From: Okamejei kenojei
Lineage: Eukaryota
Assembly (NCBI GenBank): GCA_035221665.1
Contig: CM069162.1
Coordinates: 24,862,001 to 24,926,000 of the forward strand
Reading direction: 5' to 3'
Length of the DNA: 64,000 bases
Shown: positions 13,111-27,289 of the stretch, piece by piece
Layout: every line of letters starts with the position of its first letter
How positions within the stretch are numbered: position 1 is the stretch's first letter
The notes under the pieces: model-generated
Told to the model about the DNA's origin: nothing
Seen by the model: the letters and a program-made list of their open reading frames with translations, nothing else
Database searches by the model: none
Translations under genes and position numbers: made by a program

Positions 13111-16100
13111 GTTTTGTCTGTCAACGTGTTGCTCACACACAATAGGAATGCTACAACAAAGGATGATTGACTGCAGGTCTAAACAGGAAAAACAAAACTT
13201 GTCCTATAAATGTTGGAATAATCTAATTATTTAGCTGAAATACACTTCCTGGAGTATTGCCTTCCTGATAGTATTCCTTACTTGAATTTGCTTATCCTTT
13301 TTCTTGGGAGGGAAGAAAAATAGGGAAAATCAGTGAATTGCTGTTATGTTTATGCTCTGGAGATGAGAAAGCAACAAACTGAAGAACAGGGACAATAAAC
13401 GCAGAACAATTGATTTGAAATGAAGGGGAGCAAGGCTACATATAGTTCCTAGTATTACTGTTCTACAATGCAATCCCAGTGCACAAATGCAACTTGCAAC
13501 ATCTAACTTTAAATCTGATTAAAACATCTTTAAGGAACCGGAATTTGTAACTTAATTATATTCAACCACCTATCTGCATATTTTATTTTATTGACTACTT
13601 ATAGCAGTCAAAACAACATAAATGCCAGATTACTGGCTCAAACCTATATAATATTCTGTAACAAATATATTTGTGACATGATGTGTTAACATAAACTCTC
13701 CATTTGCTGCAAGTTGGATTTTCATACATGGTAACATCTTTAGCTTCCCTCCTCCCATGCTGGACTCAACGTGCCTTAGGAACAGCAATAATCTCCCCTT
13801 TTCTCTCTGTCTCTGTCAATGACTCAAGCTTTGATGCTACAAAGTTTCACCAGCACTATCTTTCTGTCTTGCTAAATTTGTACCCAAGCAGTGAAGACTA
13901 ACAGGATCATGATAATTCAAAGCAAAGTGCAATCCAGTTATCCCTACGCTCCATACATTCACACTATCTACCAGGGGACAATAAACAGCAATCAGGAAGG
14001 GCTCTTTGGCTGAGTGCTTGCCTCATTAGTCCAGTACTGCTAAAATCAAAACAGTGTCCCACATGCCCATTTAGCTTATGCAACCAACACAATACAGAGG
14101 GGGGTCCAACTTAGTTCTTTTGTTGTCTAATTATATATATTATATTTTAGTGCTCCCTTTACCAAGGCTGCATTCCATATTTATAAATAAATCCTTATGC
14201 AAAATGATTAAGAATTGCAATTAACAGCCTTTTTGTTTAAAGTGTTACTGTACTTCTTTCACATTTTCTACTCAAGAAGCCACTTTGTCCAATTGAGCAG
14301 AGGTGGATTGGATGGTGCAGTTGACCACATACTGGCCCTTCACCTATAGGACTTGCACCACATCACTACACTGAATGTCTCTTTAGCTGCTAGCTTTAAG
14401 AGCAAGTGAAGTGAACTTGGAAATGTTCAATTCCTTTTAGGCACATTGTCGCTTTGTATTAAAATTATTAAGGCAGATTTTCTGCCCAGCCACCAGTGAA
14501 AATACTACAAAAGACTTGGGTATTTAAGAAAATATGAGTTGTTCTTAATTAATGTTAAAGTTAGTTTTAATGATTTTAGTTGGTTCTTATGAAAGTGTTT
14601 TTAGATGTTAAATTTAAGAAACTTTGAATTTTGTTCAAAAAGCTATGCTGCTTCTACATGTCCTGAATATTACTGAAGGCATATGAATGTCAATGATGTT
14701 CACAGACACTCAATGTCCCATATCATATTGATAGCTTTGGTAGACTCAATGTTTAAGGAGTAGAGGCAGGCCATTAACCTCGATTCCCAACTAAGTAAAA
14801 AGTATTACTTTTGTTGAGAAGGTTCCTATAAGTGAAGCTGTTCAGCAATTTTGGAACAATAAGTCCTGCCAATTTGCACCTAGTTAACAATCTCAGCACA
14901 GAATAACTCATAATAGAAAGCCATATTTACTACCTAAAGCTATGGTATCTTATTGCCTTAGGTTTGATCAATCTGTGCCCAATTTGATCAGTTTTTTTGT
15001 TTCTGAATTTTCATATTCATGTCTTTATAATCTTTTTTCAACTCTTCTGTTAAAATCAGCAAAATTTACAATAAGCAAAGGACTATTTTTTTTAAAGAAT
15101 GTGAGATAACAAGATCGATCGCTTCTTCTAAATAAACAAAATGGTTTTGCGCAGGGCAAGTACAACTAAGTGGCAGTTATTTCCACAGCTGTTGACGGTG
15201 TCTTTTCATGTCAGCTGACAAAATTAGCTTTGGTCGACTGCACTCGGCAAGCTCTTATGAGGTGCTCGGACTATCTGACAGGGCCAATGTGTCCAGCGCC
15301 CTCAATGGAGATGGGTCATAATGACTTTGGTGTAAAGTCGCCTTTGATTTTCGTGGATCAGAAAAAGTAATATCCATTTTTATCCAAAAATTGAGCACAA
15401 AGCTCTTACCAATATCACTGCTCCAACCAATTTACTATAGTAGGAGCACCATTCAGATAAGTAAGCTAGCAATGGCCACATAAAACTACCTTATTTTGGA
15501 AGAGTAAGGATAATACTTGATATCCCAATCAAAATGTATCTCTTAGCACACACCACCAGAGGAGATTGACTGTTACTTTGTTTTATTGCAGATGGCAGGA
15601 TCTTGGTGCAAAGTGGCTGCCAAGTTTGCCCATATGCCATTAGTCAATGAATTAAAAAAATTAGTCTGGAAACAATTTGCAGCATATAGAGGCGTTTAAA
15701 AGTGCATTACAAATTTGATTATCTCATCATTCTCTCCAGCCCAGTAAAATATTTATGTTCACTCCCCGTTTTCACAAATAAGCTACACGCTGTATATCCA
15801 TTTGTCTGAGATAACTGTCGAGGGTTCTGATTTAACATGATCTTTCTTTTTTAATTTGCTGCATGTGGGGAAAACATTCTCGCAGCCTCTTATTTTTGGA
15901 TTTCTTTACCAACTGCTACAGAGGAGCAAGTAACAAACACAAAGCCAGAAGCCTCCGTTACTGGCATCAATGCTCTTTTTTTGAGTATCACTAGGCAAGA
16001 TGGCTGTGGAAAAATCCAGGCTCTCCCTAATGCTGATTGGTTCATGTTGTCTGGATGAAAGCCAATAACAAGAGGATAAAGTTCAAGCTACTCTTATGCT

Positions 16101-19100
16101 GCACAAAGGCTGCCATGTTAATGTGTGAAAATAAACTGTGAAAGAGCACCTCCTATGTGAACGAAGCTGGGTGAGAAATCAATGGGAAAATTATTAATGA
16201 TGAAAATGCATTGAGCAAAAATAAATTACAGACATAAATACTAACATATGCATTGACAAATTAAGTGAGACGAAACACATATACATTTTGAGAAAATCTG
16301 AATGTTAGGTCTATTATGGATAAGCATGTATTTATTCCTGAGGGTGAATTGGTGTTGCTTTGGTGTGAATGGCCAGACAAGTTGTACACAATTTCTGTTA
16401 GATGGGTTATGACTGGGCTACAAAAAGGTTTAGTCGAACGCACTAAGCGTTCAGATCAAAGTACCACTTCAAATCCTGTACCTAATATTCTTTCTTTCAT
16501 AAGGCATTTTACGTCTTGCAAGAGTTCAGATTCAAAATTCCGGCTGACATCTGGTATTTTTGCCAGAGTGGCTGTTTTCATGCATGAGCACTGTGTATCA
16601 GCAAACTGATCATCTGCAAAAACTAATGCTATTGATCTTGGCCTGGTCAGCAGCAAGGGCTGCTGGTGACCATGGGCAGGATCTGCGGCTGGCCAATTCT
16701 TCATTTTCGTACAATGGGCTCTGAGACCACATTTTCATTACCTGAATGAGCACTTCACAAATGTCTTTGAATTGGTGCAATTTTTTTTAATATTAGGGCA
16801 GAAACATTTCAATCCTCAATTTACCTAGCTTTATTTCTAACAATATTCCAATTGTAGTTAAATGGTAATTTTTCTCCAGAAAGTATTAATTCAAATTATA
16901 ACCTAACATACATTTTTTCTTTGTTGAAATAGAAATATCGTGGTATGAATTGACTCCATTCCTTTCTTAACGTATTTAAGGCTGAATTATTTTGCAACTC
17001 TCACAATGCGTTTTCCTTCAAAGGAAATGTCAGGAGAATTGATTGTTACTGTCCATTTCAAAAGTATAAAATGAACAAGATTTACCAAAAAAAAAGTATA
17101 CTTACTGAGTTGTCTCATAACCTTTAGTTTAAAATAATTTGTTTGTAGATTCACTGGTATCACTCAGTTCTGCACTGCTATATTCTACGCTGTATGGCTA
17201 GCTGACACAAACTGGGGCCAGGTCATGTCTGCAGATATCTTCCTCATGCAACATCATGATATTCCATTGCAGTGAGATCACAAACAGAAGCAGAAATCTT
17301 AACGCACTGCTCTTGAGGCTGAGCTTTGTGAACTGATTGTTTAGCCTGCTAAAACCAGCATTAATCTGGTTATGAATACATTAGCACATACAAATATTTT
17401 ATGACTATTCCTGGAATTCAGGTTTATTATATTCAATTTATTTATATCCCTGTAATATTTTACTGACAAGATTGCTAATATAGTCCTCAAAAAGGTTCTA
17501 TTGTCTCATGTAGGCCAACAATAAAGGACGAAGCTGCTCTAACCAAGGAGGTCCTTTAGAATTTAGTGAACTGGTACGGTGGGATGATTTATATATTTTT
17601 TAAATCAATAAAATGGTACAAAAGTAAATGTTTAGGCCTGAATCGGGCAGACAGTCAGTAGGGCTGAGAGTAGATTGCAGCATTAAACATTGATATTTAA
17701 AAATAAATTATTTTATTAATGAATTACAAAATACAGGTGGTTCATTTTCTCCCTCTTTTCCTCCCACCCTCCACCCCGTCTGGCTCTGTTACATGAATAC
17801 ATTGCTTGCAAGGCATATCTTAATTTTTACTGCCAGACTTGTGGAATAAAATATTTTTAGAAACAACCCCAAAAAGCATTCAATAAACCCGCCACGGCTT
17901 CTCAGCCCAATCTGTTATCATGCAGGCTTTTTCATAAAATTATGCACAGGCACATGTAGGCCAAATATAAAAAAAAGGACAATGGTTGAAATGCATAACA
18001 TGCACAATGCACAAATAATTCAGCAATAATTCTGCCAGAATTGCCACTTTACTGATGATGCATTAAATGATTTAGCCGACTCTTAATTAATCAAATGGAA
18101 AGGAAAACATAGACAGGATTTTAAAACAAAACATGAAGGCTTGGACTAAGTAGTTAGTGATGGACTGGTACAATAGTTAGAGGAGGCGTGTATTACATGA
18201 CTACAGATTTGCTGCTACCAGCATTGCAATGGCTTGATCTCTCAATTAATCTCAGTACTACATCATCCCTGAACAGGTATAATAACGAAGGATCTTACAT
18301 AGACTAAAGGGAACTGGATATTATTTTTGAAAAGGAAATGCTAGCAGGATAAATCAGAGGGGAACGGGGGGGGGGGGGGGGGGACAGATTTGACGGCAAT
18401 AGGCTGAATCAGCAGCTTCTGGATTTGGCCTTGTTTACTGTGCCTGGGTTAATGATGGAAACTGTCAGAAACTCTTGTTTGCAATCATTTTTAAATTAAC
18501 AAAATCTATTTTCTGACTCCTACTGTGGAAACAGTCCTTTCTCAATTCACTCCATTAAAGGTATTATTTAATTTTGAAAGCATCAATTCTGATCTGGTAA
18601 AGTGGAAACATTATAAAATCTTTAATATCACCTTGTGATCATAATTTAATCTGGAAAACAAGTGATAACCTCTCCTCGTTGTTTTAATGCCCTTCCATTC
18701 ACAACATGCCCAAAATCTAACTCCATTCTATACCCACAATACTTGCATTACCTTAGTATTAATTAATCAAAATGTACTCCATTTGTTTCTGGGACATCCT
18801 GAAGTTTCAAACAATACTAGGTTTTTCTAACAAATCTTTTATTCAACTCAAGATTACAACTTTAATTTAGTACATCATAGAAAATATAATATATTATTTG
18901 TTATCATTGCTTATTTATTTTTTCAAAATGGATCACTCTCTTAAATGTTCATTAAATCACATCTACTGCTTTTTGAAAATTCTGTAGACTTCACTGATTA
19001 AAAGTCTCCTACTATGTTGTGAGCAGCAAACTTTGAGACTTTGGTCCACCATGCAAGTCTACATCAGCCATGTATACCAAAAACTAAAGTGTTTCTAGCA

Positions 19101-19624
19101 GTAACTCCAGAATTTGTCCTCTAACATTTTTCTTCCTATCAACCAACTTGGTATTCATACTGCTAATTTTTTTCTGAAGCCAAATGTCTGGATTTTTCAA
19201 ACACACTACTGGTAGCACTCTATCAACCAACTTTGGCATCACAAGCACTGCCTCAAGATGGGCCTTTAACAAATCTGCTACTGAACTTGAATTCCCCTTT
19301 AGATTTTGAATTTCCCCTTTCCCCTACACCCTCTATGTTCTTCACGATTATCATGGACTGGCCTAACAAAGGCCTCATTTTAAGCCTTAGTTTAGGTTTG
19401 ATGTATTTACTAAAGTAGCTCAAATCTTTGGTGCAGCTTTTTTATATCTGTTGGGAGCTGTGTACCTGATCAATCTTATATGAAGATTTTCCATTGCTGA
19501 CCTGTTTGCTGACATACTGTCAGTTAATTGACACTAGATATCCTCTTGCCCAAAAAAACTTTGTCTTAATTGATTACAGTATCATTAGCTTTGATTCTTT
19601 ATTCTATTGTGTTCTTACGTCAAA

Positions 19625-20185
19625 CTTAACTATAACTGCTGCGTCCTAATTGTTCTCCTTTAAACAAAAGTTACAAAATTCTTCAGTGAATGATTAATGG
19701 TAAGGAATAAATAGATGGACTGTATTAATATTATTTTCATCGACGTTGGTGTACTTGAGGGTCCTGACATTTCCGAATATTTAATTTATCCCAGGCAAAA
19801 TTAGAATAAAGCTAATGTGAACATATTATTTTTGTTCTAATCTTGCCAGGGATAAAATCACACAATACTATCCACATTCTGTCTTAATGCAACTTTCAAA
19901 ATATACTTAACATGGTGATTACATAATTTACTACAACGCTAACCATAACTCTGAATTTAAATGGTAGACAATATTTCAATGGATGACTATTTCTCTCAAC
20001 ATTAATTTTTCTGTTGCACTTTTAGTTTCAATGTTCTGAAATGTCAGATCCCCAAAGTACACTAATGTGGATGAATATAATATTAAAGTCCATCTATTTT
20101 TTACTAGTCATTCACTGCAGAATTCTATAACTGTCACTGCTACATGATCAGGGTTGTGAACAGAATCAAGCAGTTGCAAGTTAGC
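19625..20185. repeat. Old foldback/MITE-like element with long imperfect inverted arms and an internal hairpin
   Basis: 19675..19781 is the imperfect reverse complement of 20030..20126; internal hairpin at about 19785..19856. Confidence 0.7.
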
Positions 20186-22696
20186 TGAACAACTCCTTAC
20201 AATAAATCTTGCAGCAAATTTGCATGGATCGTTTGCATGAAGAGTGAATATTGTGAAGTTAGTTGTTCAGAAGTGGCGATTTCAGTTAGCAAAATTTGTC
20301 CCAGCCCCACTGTGCTGAAAACAGTACCAGTCTATCACAATATAACCTATAGCAGTGATTGCAATAATTACTAATTTACAGTGAAACCTGCACTACAAGG
20401 TCACTTTCACCAATGCAAACAACTGGCCACAGATGGTTGAATAGGCATTAAAATGTCATGTCCTGAATTAAATGCTAATGGCAACTTTAGGCTGTAATTG
20501 TAACATTTAATTTGGCAAGCCCCAATTTGCCATAATTCTTCTTGACAACAATGAATAGAGAGTAGTTTAGGTTATTCAACAGTGGAAAGCATCACAACTG
20601 TACATTTGCTTTTGAGAGTTACTGGACAGCAGGCAGGATAGAACTGTGGCAGAGCTCCCCTTTCCCAAGCACTCGTCAGCCATAGGTGCTGCCTATGATG
20701 AGTGTGCCTAAAGCAGATTCAGAATTGAACCTGGAAGCTTCCTGGTCTGAGCGGCTCACACACTCATGCATAAATTCTATTCACCTGCAGCACTACAATG
20801 CATAATTCCCTTTAATAAACATAGCCCAGAATTTCAGGCAAAACCTTTAACAAGTTTAAACCACTTAATTGCCAAAAATATGTTTGCAGTTTTAAGAAAT
20901 TTTACTTAGGGTGAAGCTAATATATAACAGTTTTGAAAAGCATTCAAATAACTTCATAAAAAATGTTAGGAAATTATTTCTATTTACTGTAATCTATCCA
21001 GAAAATAGAATTAAATCCTACTTATTTTAAACATTTAAATTTCAATCTGTTCTAATTTAATTCATTTTGCCCAGCCTTATTTACTTGTACAAAGATTTGA
21101 TCATGACTATAAAACATATACATTTCATATTTTATTGCTACTGAAGTTTGAAAGATTGTTTAGTGACACTAAATGTCTTTAGGATATAGTTAACATTTCA
21201 AGTGGGAAACAGGGAAATAGTTATCTGGTTCAAATAGATGATAATTAGTGCCGAAGGAACATTTTCGTATTCACCTTAATGAGTCTCATTTCACACATCT
21301 GACAATTGCTCTTAAGGGGATTCCACTGCTTATTAGTTTATCGTATTGTTGATTATTATATATTTTCTGTTGTTGCCTTACGCTAAGCTGCAGCAAGTAA
21401 GAATTTAATTGTTGCGTCGTCAGTATTCATGATAAAAACTCTCCACTCTTGCTTACATCACATCACTTACACCTGCAGATGACTGCAGGCTGATGAAGGG
21501 GACAATCTGATTACAGGTTTCACATTTGCTAGCTGCTTTGGGTAAACTTGCAGGTGTTACTCAAGATGGACTCTCGCTAATGTAAACCATTGGCAAAAAC
21601 GTCACAAAAATCACTGAGATTTCCTGAAGAACTTGGCATGGTGAATTGGGAGTCTGGCTGGGAATCGTGCTCACCGCACGCATTAATATTTAATTGACTT
21701 TTGAATCAGTGTGCTAGCGCTATCTAACAGTGACATATTGGTAATGCACAACTCATTTGAGGCAAGTAGTTTACAGGGTAGTGTTAGCATGAGCAAGAAC
21801 ATGAGGTAATAAAATACTTAGATAAACTAAACCTCCTGCTGCTTAATCAAAGTGACCAGAAGAACAGGTTTCAGTTGAGTAGTTTCATACTTACCCAAGT
21901 TTAGAAACAACTGCAACAGCTTCCTTCATCCCCTTTCTACTCAGCAGACGTGTGCCATTTAGCAATGGGAAATGGCAAGGCTGCCTACTGCCTTTCACGG
22001 GGATTCAGTTTTTACAATGTATTGTTATAGACTAAACGTTGTCACAGCCTACATGTTACACATTGCTCATAATTATAAAAAAAACTTAAGGCGCATGTTA
22101 ATGAGGGGAAAAAAAATCACAATATTAAGAAAAAGTAAAATGAATTTTAACATCTGGCAAACATTTAATTTAAAAAATATCAGCCAAAGCAAACACTTAT
22201 AGAAGGAGCCATGAGACTTTCAATTTAATTTCCACAAAATCAGAAACAAGACTTGTGCAAAACAAATGAAGCGCATAAATTTCTAAGAGTACGGTAATTC
22301 TATCTACATAACATTACTATACACAGCACTACTGTTCACAGAATGAGAGGAATTCAAAATGAAATGCTGGCAAACCTGAAAGCACGTAAACAGAAAGTCA
22401 ATTAAAGTGCTAAACCCTAATGGATTGGCATTTGTACAACATGCATGGTTTAGGAATATGAAGGAGGCGTTCAAAACGTAAGAAACATGTTCAAAAATAA
22501 GAAGCAAAAAGGGTAGGACAGAATCATTTTATTTACTTGCAAGATGTTGTTAAGAATTCAGGTAAGTTGCATTTTATGGGGAGGTTACTTCTCTGGGTGA
22601 AAGGGAGGAAGTGGGAGCAGAGTGAACGAACAATCTGCCCCATAAAATGCCTTGGAACAGCTAAGTATTAATACTCATTTCTTGGGTACTGTGTAC

Positions 22697-22741
22697 CTTC
22701 AATGATGAATGTTCTTGACTTTGAAGAACTAAATGGATCCC
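22697..22741 (-). CDS. KCNAB2: KCNAB2 alternative cassette exon GDPFSSSKSRTFIIE
   Basis: 45 nt, symmetric phase 1; tttttttattaccag|...|gtacac; peptide matches the 15-aa insert I recall from longer mammalian Kv beta-2 isoforms. Confidence 0.88.
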
Positions 22742-23789
22742 CTGGTAATAAAAAAAGATTTAAAAAAAAACCAGAGTTTATAGCTGAAGGCACATTACAT
22801 TGTAGAATTTAGGGCATGGGAGAGGCAAGATTAAATTCTACATATACATACATACACATATGACTTCCCAGCTCAGAAAACAGTAGTCCCGTGCAATGAT
22901 CACCTTCATTGGAAACACGTCATAAAATACATTCAACATGTAAAAGTTCAAATATAGTATGAGTAAAAATAAAAACAGAGCACTCTATCAATTAAGGTAC
23001 AAAATACTGTTTAAAAGACAGTATCCCTTTTGTTTACCTACACAGATTAAATTTTAAATGTAGTACCAATCAACATACTTGACAAAGTTAACTGGAAGGG
23101 CAAATGTACCATGAAATAGATGATTAATATGACAGGAGTGGCAGTAAGGAAAACATCACTTACAATCTTAGGTTGTCAAAGTCTCAGAAACAATTAAATA
23201 TCAGCAAAATAACCCAACATCTTAATCCATGCCCTTCATCCTTGAGTCTTTGTGCCTTCCTCTTCACCATTGCAAAAGGCAGTCATCAATCAGAAACCTG
23301 CACTAGAAACCTCTGTCTAAGGATCACAACTCTCCATTTCTTTCTCTTTAAAAAATCTCCTTAAATCTACATCTTTAGACACATCTTTGAACCTATGCTT
23401 GGTGTTGATTTTAACCAACGTCCGTGAAAAGCACCACATTTCCAAACTTTGTACAGGAGGGTCCTGGTGCAAAAAAACTAAATACAGGAGTGGAGACAGG
23501 AATTAAGTTTGTTGTTTCATCCAGTGCAGTACAGAGGAAATAGCATCCAAAGAGATACTTTGGTTAGCTCCCTGATGATTCAATAAGTATACTGAGTGAG
23601 CGGGTTATCAATTATCTCCTCAGCTCAAGGTGCCTACTCCTGATTTAATTCCCATGGATTGAGAGTGGATACATTTAGTTGTCGCTTCTATAATTTAATT
23701 TGCTGATGATTGTTGTTATGATTTCTTAATGGTAATTCAACATTAGGTATAGATTCGGATTTGAGTATTTATAACTCAATACTCGAAAG

Positions 23790-23932
23790 ACGGTTAATTG
23801 GGCTGGTATAAGTGTAAATTGTCCCTAGTGTGTGTAGGATAGTGTTAATGTGCGGGGATTACTGGTTGGTGCGGACTCGGTGGGCCGAAGGGCCTGTTTC
23901 CGTGCTCTATCTCTAAACTAAAACTAAAAACT
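23790..23932 (+). mobile_element. HE1 (V-SINE) 3' part
   Basis: taaattgtccctagtgtgtgtaggatag...gggccgaagggcctgtttcc...(CTAAA)n tail. Confidence 0.8.
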
Positions 23933-24129
23933 AATTTTTCCCCCAATCAGTTCTTAATGATTTGTTTTCAAGGGAGTCATTCATCTCAAAAGACAGTTGT
24001 GATACATGTGTGTTTCACAGCTGTCACTAAATGCCCAGAAAATGCTTTTGCGTTTGCAAGGATTTTACAATTGTGGGAACTGGAATTATGAAAAACATCT
24101 AACCAGGTCAGAGAATAATAAAACAAGTT

Positions 24130-24490
24130 GCGTATCCAAGCTAGCCCCACTGGCCAATGCCTGGTCCATATCCCTCTAAACCTGTTGTCTTCATGTAACT
24201 GTCCAAGTGTCTTTTAAATGTTGTAATTGAACCAGCTCCATCACTTCTTCCGGCAACTCTTTCCATGTATGCTGAACCCCCGATATGAAAAGGTTACCCA
24301 TCAGGTCCCTTTATTTCTTACCTTTCGCATCGTAAATCTATGTGCTCTCGTTTTTGACTCTCCTAACTTGGAAAGAGACTCCGATTTTTTAATTTATCTA
24401 TGCCATTTTTTTTTAAACCTCTGTAAGGTCATCCCTCAGCCTCCTTCACTCCAGGGAAAAAAGACCCAGCCTATCAGCCAGGCAAAACCA
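24130..24490 (-). mobile_element. Decayed CR1 3' fragment
   Basis: ggtccatatccctctaaacct...gtccaagtgtcttttaaatgttg. Confidence 0.7.
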
Positions 24491-25799
24491 AGTCTCCGTT
24501 TTTCAAAGATTTGTCTCTTTAAACTGACTGCATGTATATCTCAGACATAACATTCTGAGTTGTGATCAGTTCTAGGTATTTGACAAGGAGCTTTTCAGTA
24601 CAAAAATGTTTTAGCTGGTCGATATCACAGAACAGCTAAATCACACTCACTTTTCAGGAAACAATGGTTCTTTGTGAACAAACATAGTACCTCTGAATCG
24701 GAGGAAAAAGATTTAAACCTTGCTCTCAACAATCCATGATTGCAGCTTCCGCTCCAAAACCCTGATTCACAACCCTGTAAAATACTTGTGTTGATGCTCC
24801 TTGCCTATGATCAGGTGATCCCCTCTCTAGCAAAGGGAAAACCCCAATCTTATCACCAACAACCAGCATTCAGAGAGTTATGATCACTTGAAATATGTTC
24901 AGACTGCTACTTGATCTGTGAATACTTGTATTACTTCCATATTATGACCTTAAATTACATTCACCCAAATCTATGACATGAAACACGCACCCAGCCAATT
25001 CTCACTGTACAATGTACAAGGCATCTCACAAATGAACTGCTTGCATTATTGTGCAAAATCATGTGCACTGTGGCATACAATCAAGATTCCACACCAAACT
25101 GCATATTTTCACCCATTAATTTGTCTGCCCATGATCAAATGTACAGTTGTAATTCCATTCCAAGTTTTACATGTTAGGGAAGTCAAGATTTTAGCCTGAA
25201 AGTCTGATTTTTAGACAGGCATGTGTTGAAAGAATCTAATCCATCCAACCGGACACACACACAATTCATGTAGGACTACAAAAGGGACATTGTTTTATAA
25301 ACCTCTTGTTGTCGACTTATGGTGATTCCACAATAGTAGTACCAGCAGTCAGCATAACCTTCATTAGATTGATTTGAATTAAGAGCATTTCTGTACTGAA
25401 CTCTGAAGGACTTTCACCACAAAAATTCTCCAAATGATGGACAATTTAAAAGTATATTAGCAGTTTGCTAACATGCTGCTATACAGTATTACAAAAGTCA
25501 TCAAATAGAACATAATTCCTTTACATATTCAGTATTTGATTATATGAAGAAATAAAAGAACAAACACATTTCAGAAGAAATGGAGGTACTTTGAATAGAA
25601 CGGCTGGAAATCGGGAATAATGACAGGGAGATGGATCCTCCCAAGTGGGTAACAGTTAATGAGGGATGGAACTCATCCTGTACCACTGGTGTGATTCTCT
25701 TTACACAAAGTTCAGAGAGGCATCCTGCCCTCTTTGTATAGAGTATGAGATGGGGCAGAGGACAATGTGGAAGATGGGGATGGAATGAAAACATACAAT

Positions 25800-26360
25800 A
25801 GAGATAAGGAGGGATTTATTTTGCCAGAGGGTGGTGAATCTGTAGAATTCATTACCACAGATGGCTGTGGAGACCAGTACATTGGGTCTTTTTAAAGTGG
25901 AGATTGATAGGTTCTCGATTAGTATGGGCGTCAAAGATTAAGGGTAGAAGGCAGGTGAATGGGTTGAGAGGGAAAAAATAGATCAGCCATGATTCGAGAA
26001 CCAGAGGGCATAGGTTTAAGGTGAGGGGGAAAGGTTTACTAGGAACCGGAGAGGTAACTTTTTCACACAAAGGGTGGTAGGGGTATGAAAGGAGCTGCTG
26101 GGGGAGATAGTTGAGACAGGTACTATCGCAACATTTAAGAAACATTTAGACAGGTACATGGATAGGGCCGATTTAGAGGGATATGGGCCAAATGCAGGCA
26201 GGTGGGACTGGTCTGGATGGGATATGTTGGCCGATGTGGGCAAGTTGGGCCGAAGGGCCTGTTTCCACGCTGTAAGACACTATGACTCTATAATTCAACC
26301 TATGATTGAATTGCGTAGTAGACCCGATTGGCTGCATCACCTAATTCTGCTCCTATGTCT
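25800..26360 (+). mobile_element. Two nested CR1 3' fragments (inner copy about 25995..26290)
   Basis: gagggtggtgaatctgtagaattc...; inner copy agagggcataggtttaaggtgaggggg...gggccgaagggcctgtttcc; outer tail resumes after 26295. Confidence 0.8.
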
Positions 26361-27289
26361 CATAGAATAGAAAAAAATAGAAGTCATGCTTCAAAGGTTC
26401 AATTAAACTGGCATTTATGTGGAACTGCAGAGCTGGTATAAATATTCAAAGACAATTTATCCCAGCCACCCCAATTTTCTTATTTTATTTTCCTTAAATT
26501 GCAACAATGTTGACCCCATCTTGGGGTACAATCCCACAGTTGTTAACTCTCTGCATCCATGTTCAAAAACCCAATATCTATTCAATGATTTACCATTCAA
26601 CTCTAAGGTATTATTACCAAGTCAGAATGTCATCATTTACAGCTTGTGTCACCAGGAATGGGGATGTTGGTTCTATCCCTTATCAACTACAGTTGAACTA
26701 CTAACTCAGCTGAAATCAGCAAAGCTTTTCTTTTGATTAACATCTCAGTAAAGGGAAACAAGATCTAAATTCAAAAATCAGACCTGCAATAAGTAAACAT
26801 TGCAGGATGCAGTAAAGCTTTAATAGGAACTTTTCTTAAAGAGCAGTTACTGTTAGAAAGAAAAGAAACATGATCCTGTCATTTTATCCTGTGATGATGT
26901 TGCACACAGGTGGCAAACTATCATAGGTTTTGCTAGGTCACATTGAACAAAGAGTACATCAAACAAAAATAATGGTTCTTTCAAATACCATTGCATTAAG
27001 AGTGCATTGAAAAAACAATTCAATAACTTATTATGGTAAAATCATAATGGACTTTTGAGATAATATTTATCATTTTGTTTCCTACATTCTGTGCTCAAAT
27101 TGTATTGATTCTGGCAAGTAGAATATTTTCCTCTCTGGCCCTAATGACAAACATTCCTTTGGTCAAGAATAATGTGGAAGGCGCATGTCAGATTTAGACC
27201 AATAATCTTTTAATTCATCAATCTGAATAATATTTTGAATACTATTCTGAAGCTCTTTGAACAAAGATGCAATTAGAAGCCAATTAGTT

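Noticed and set aside
16316-16704. ORFs suggesting a nested gene in the large intron
   Set aside because: No homology recognised and no coherent exon chain.
18366-18383. Poly-G run as a G-quadruplex element (also 38433..38454)
   Set aside because: Simple homopolymers of uncertain assembled length, with no further evidence of function.
21895-22010. Possible extra KCNAB2 coding exon ending in GG|gtaagt
   Set aside because: The phase-1 frame needed to join ETVR has a stop and there is no convincing acceptor; kept only as an orphan donor.
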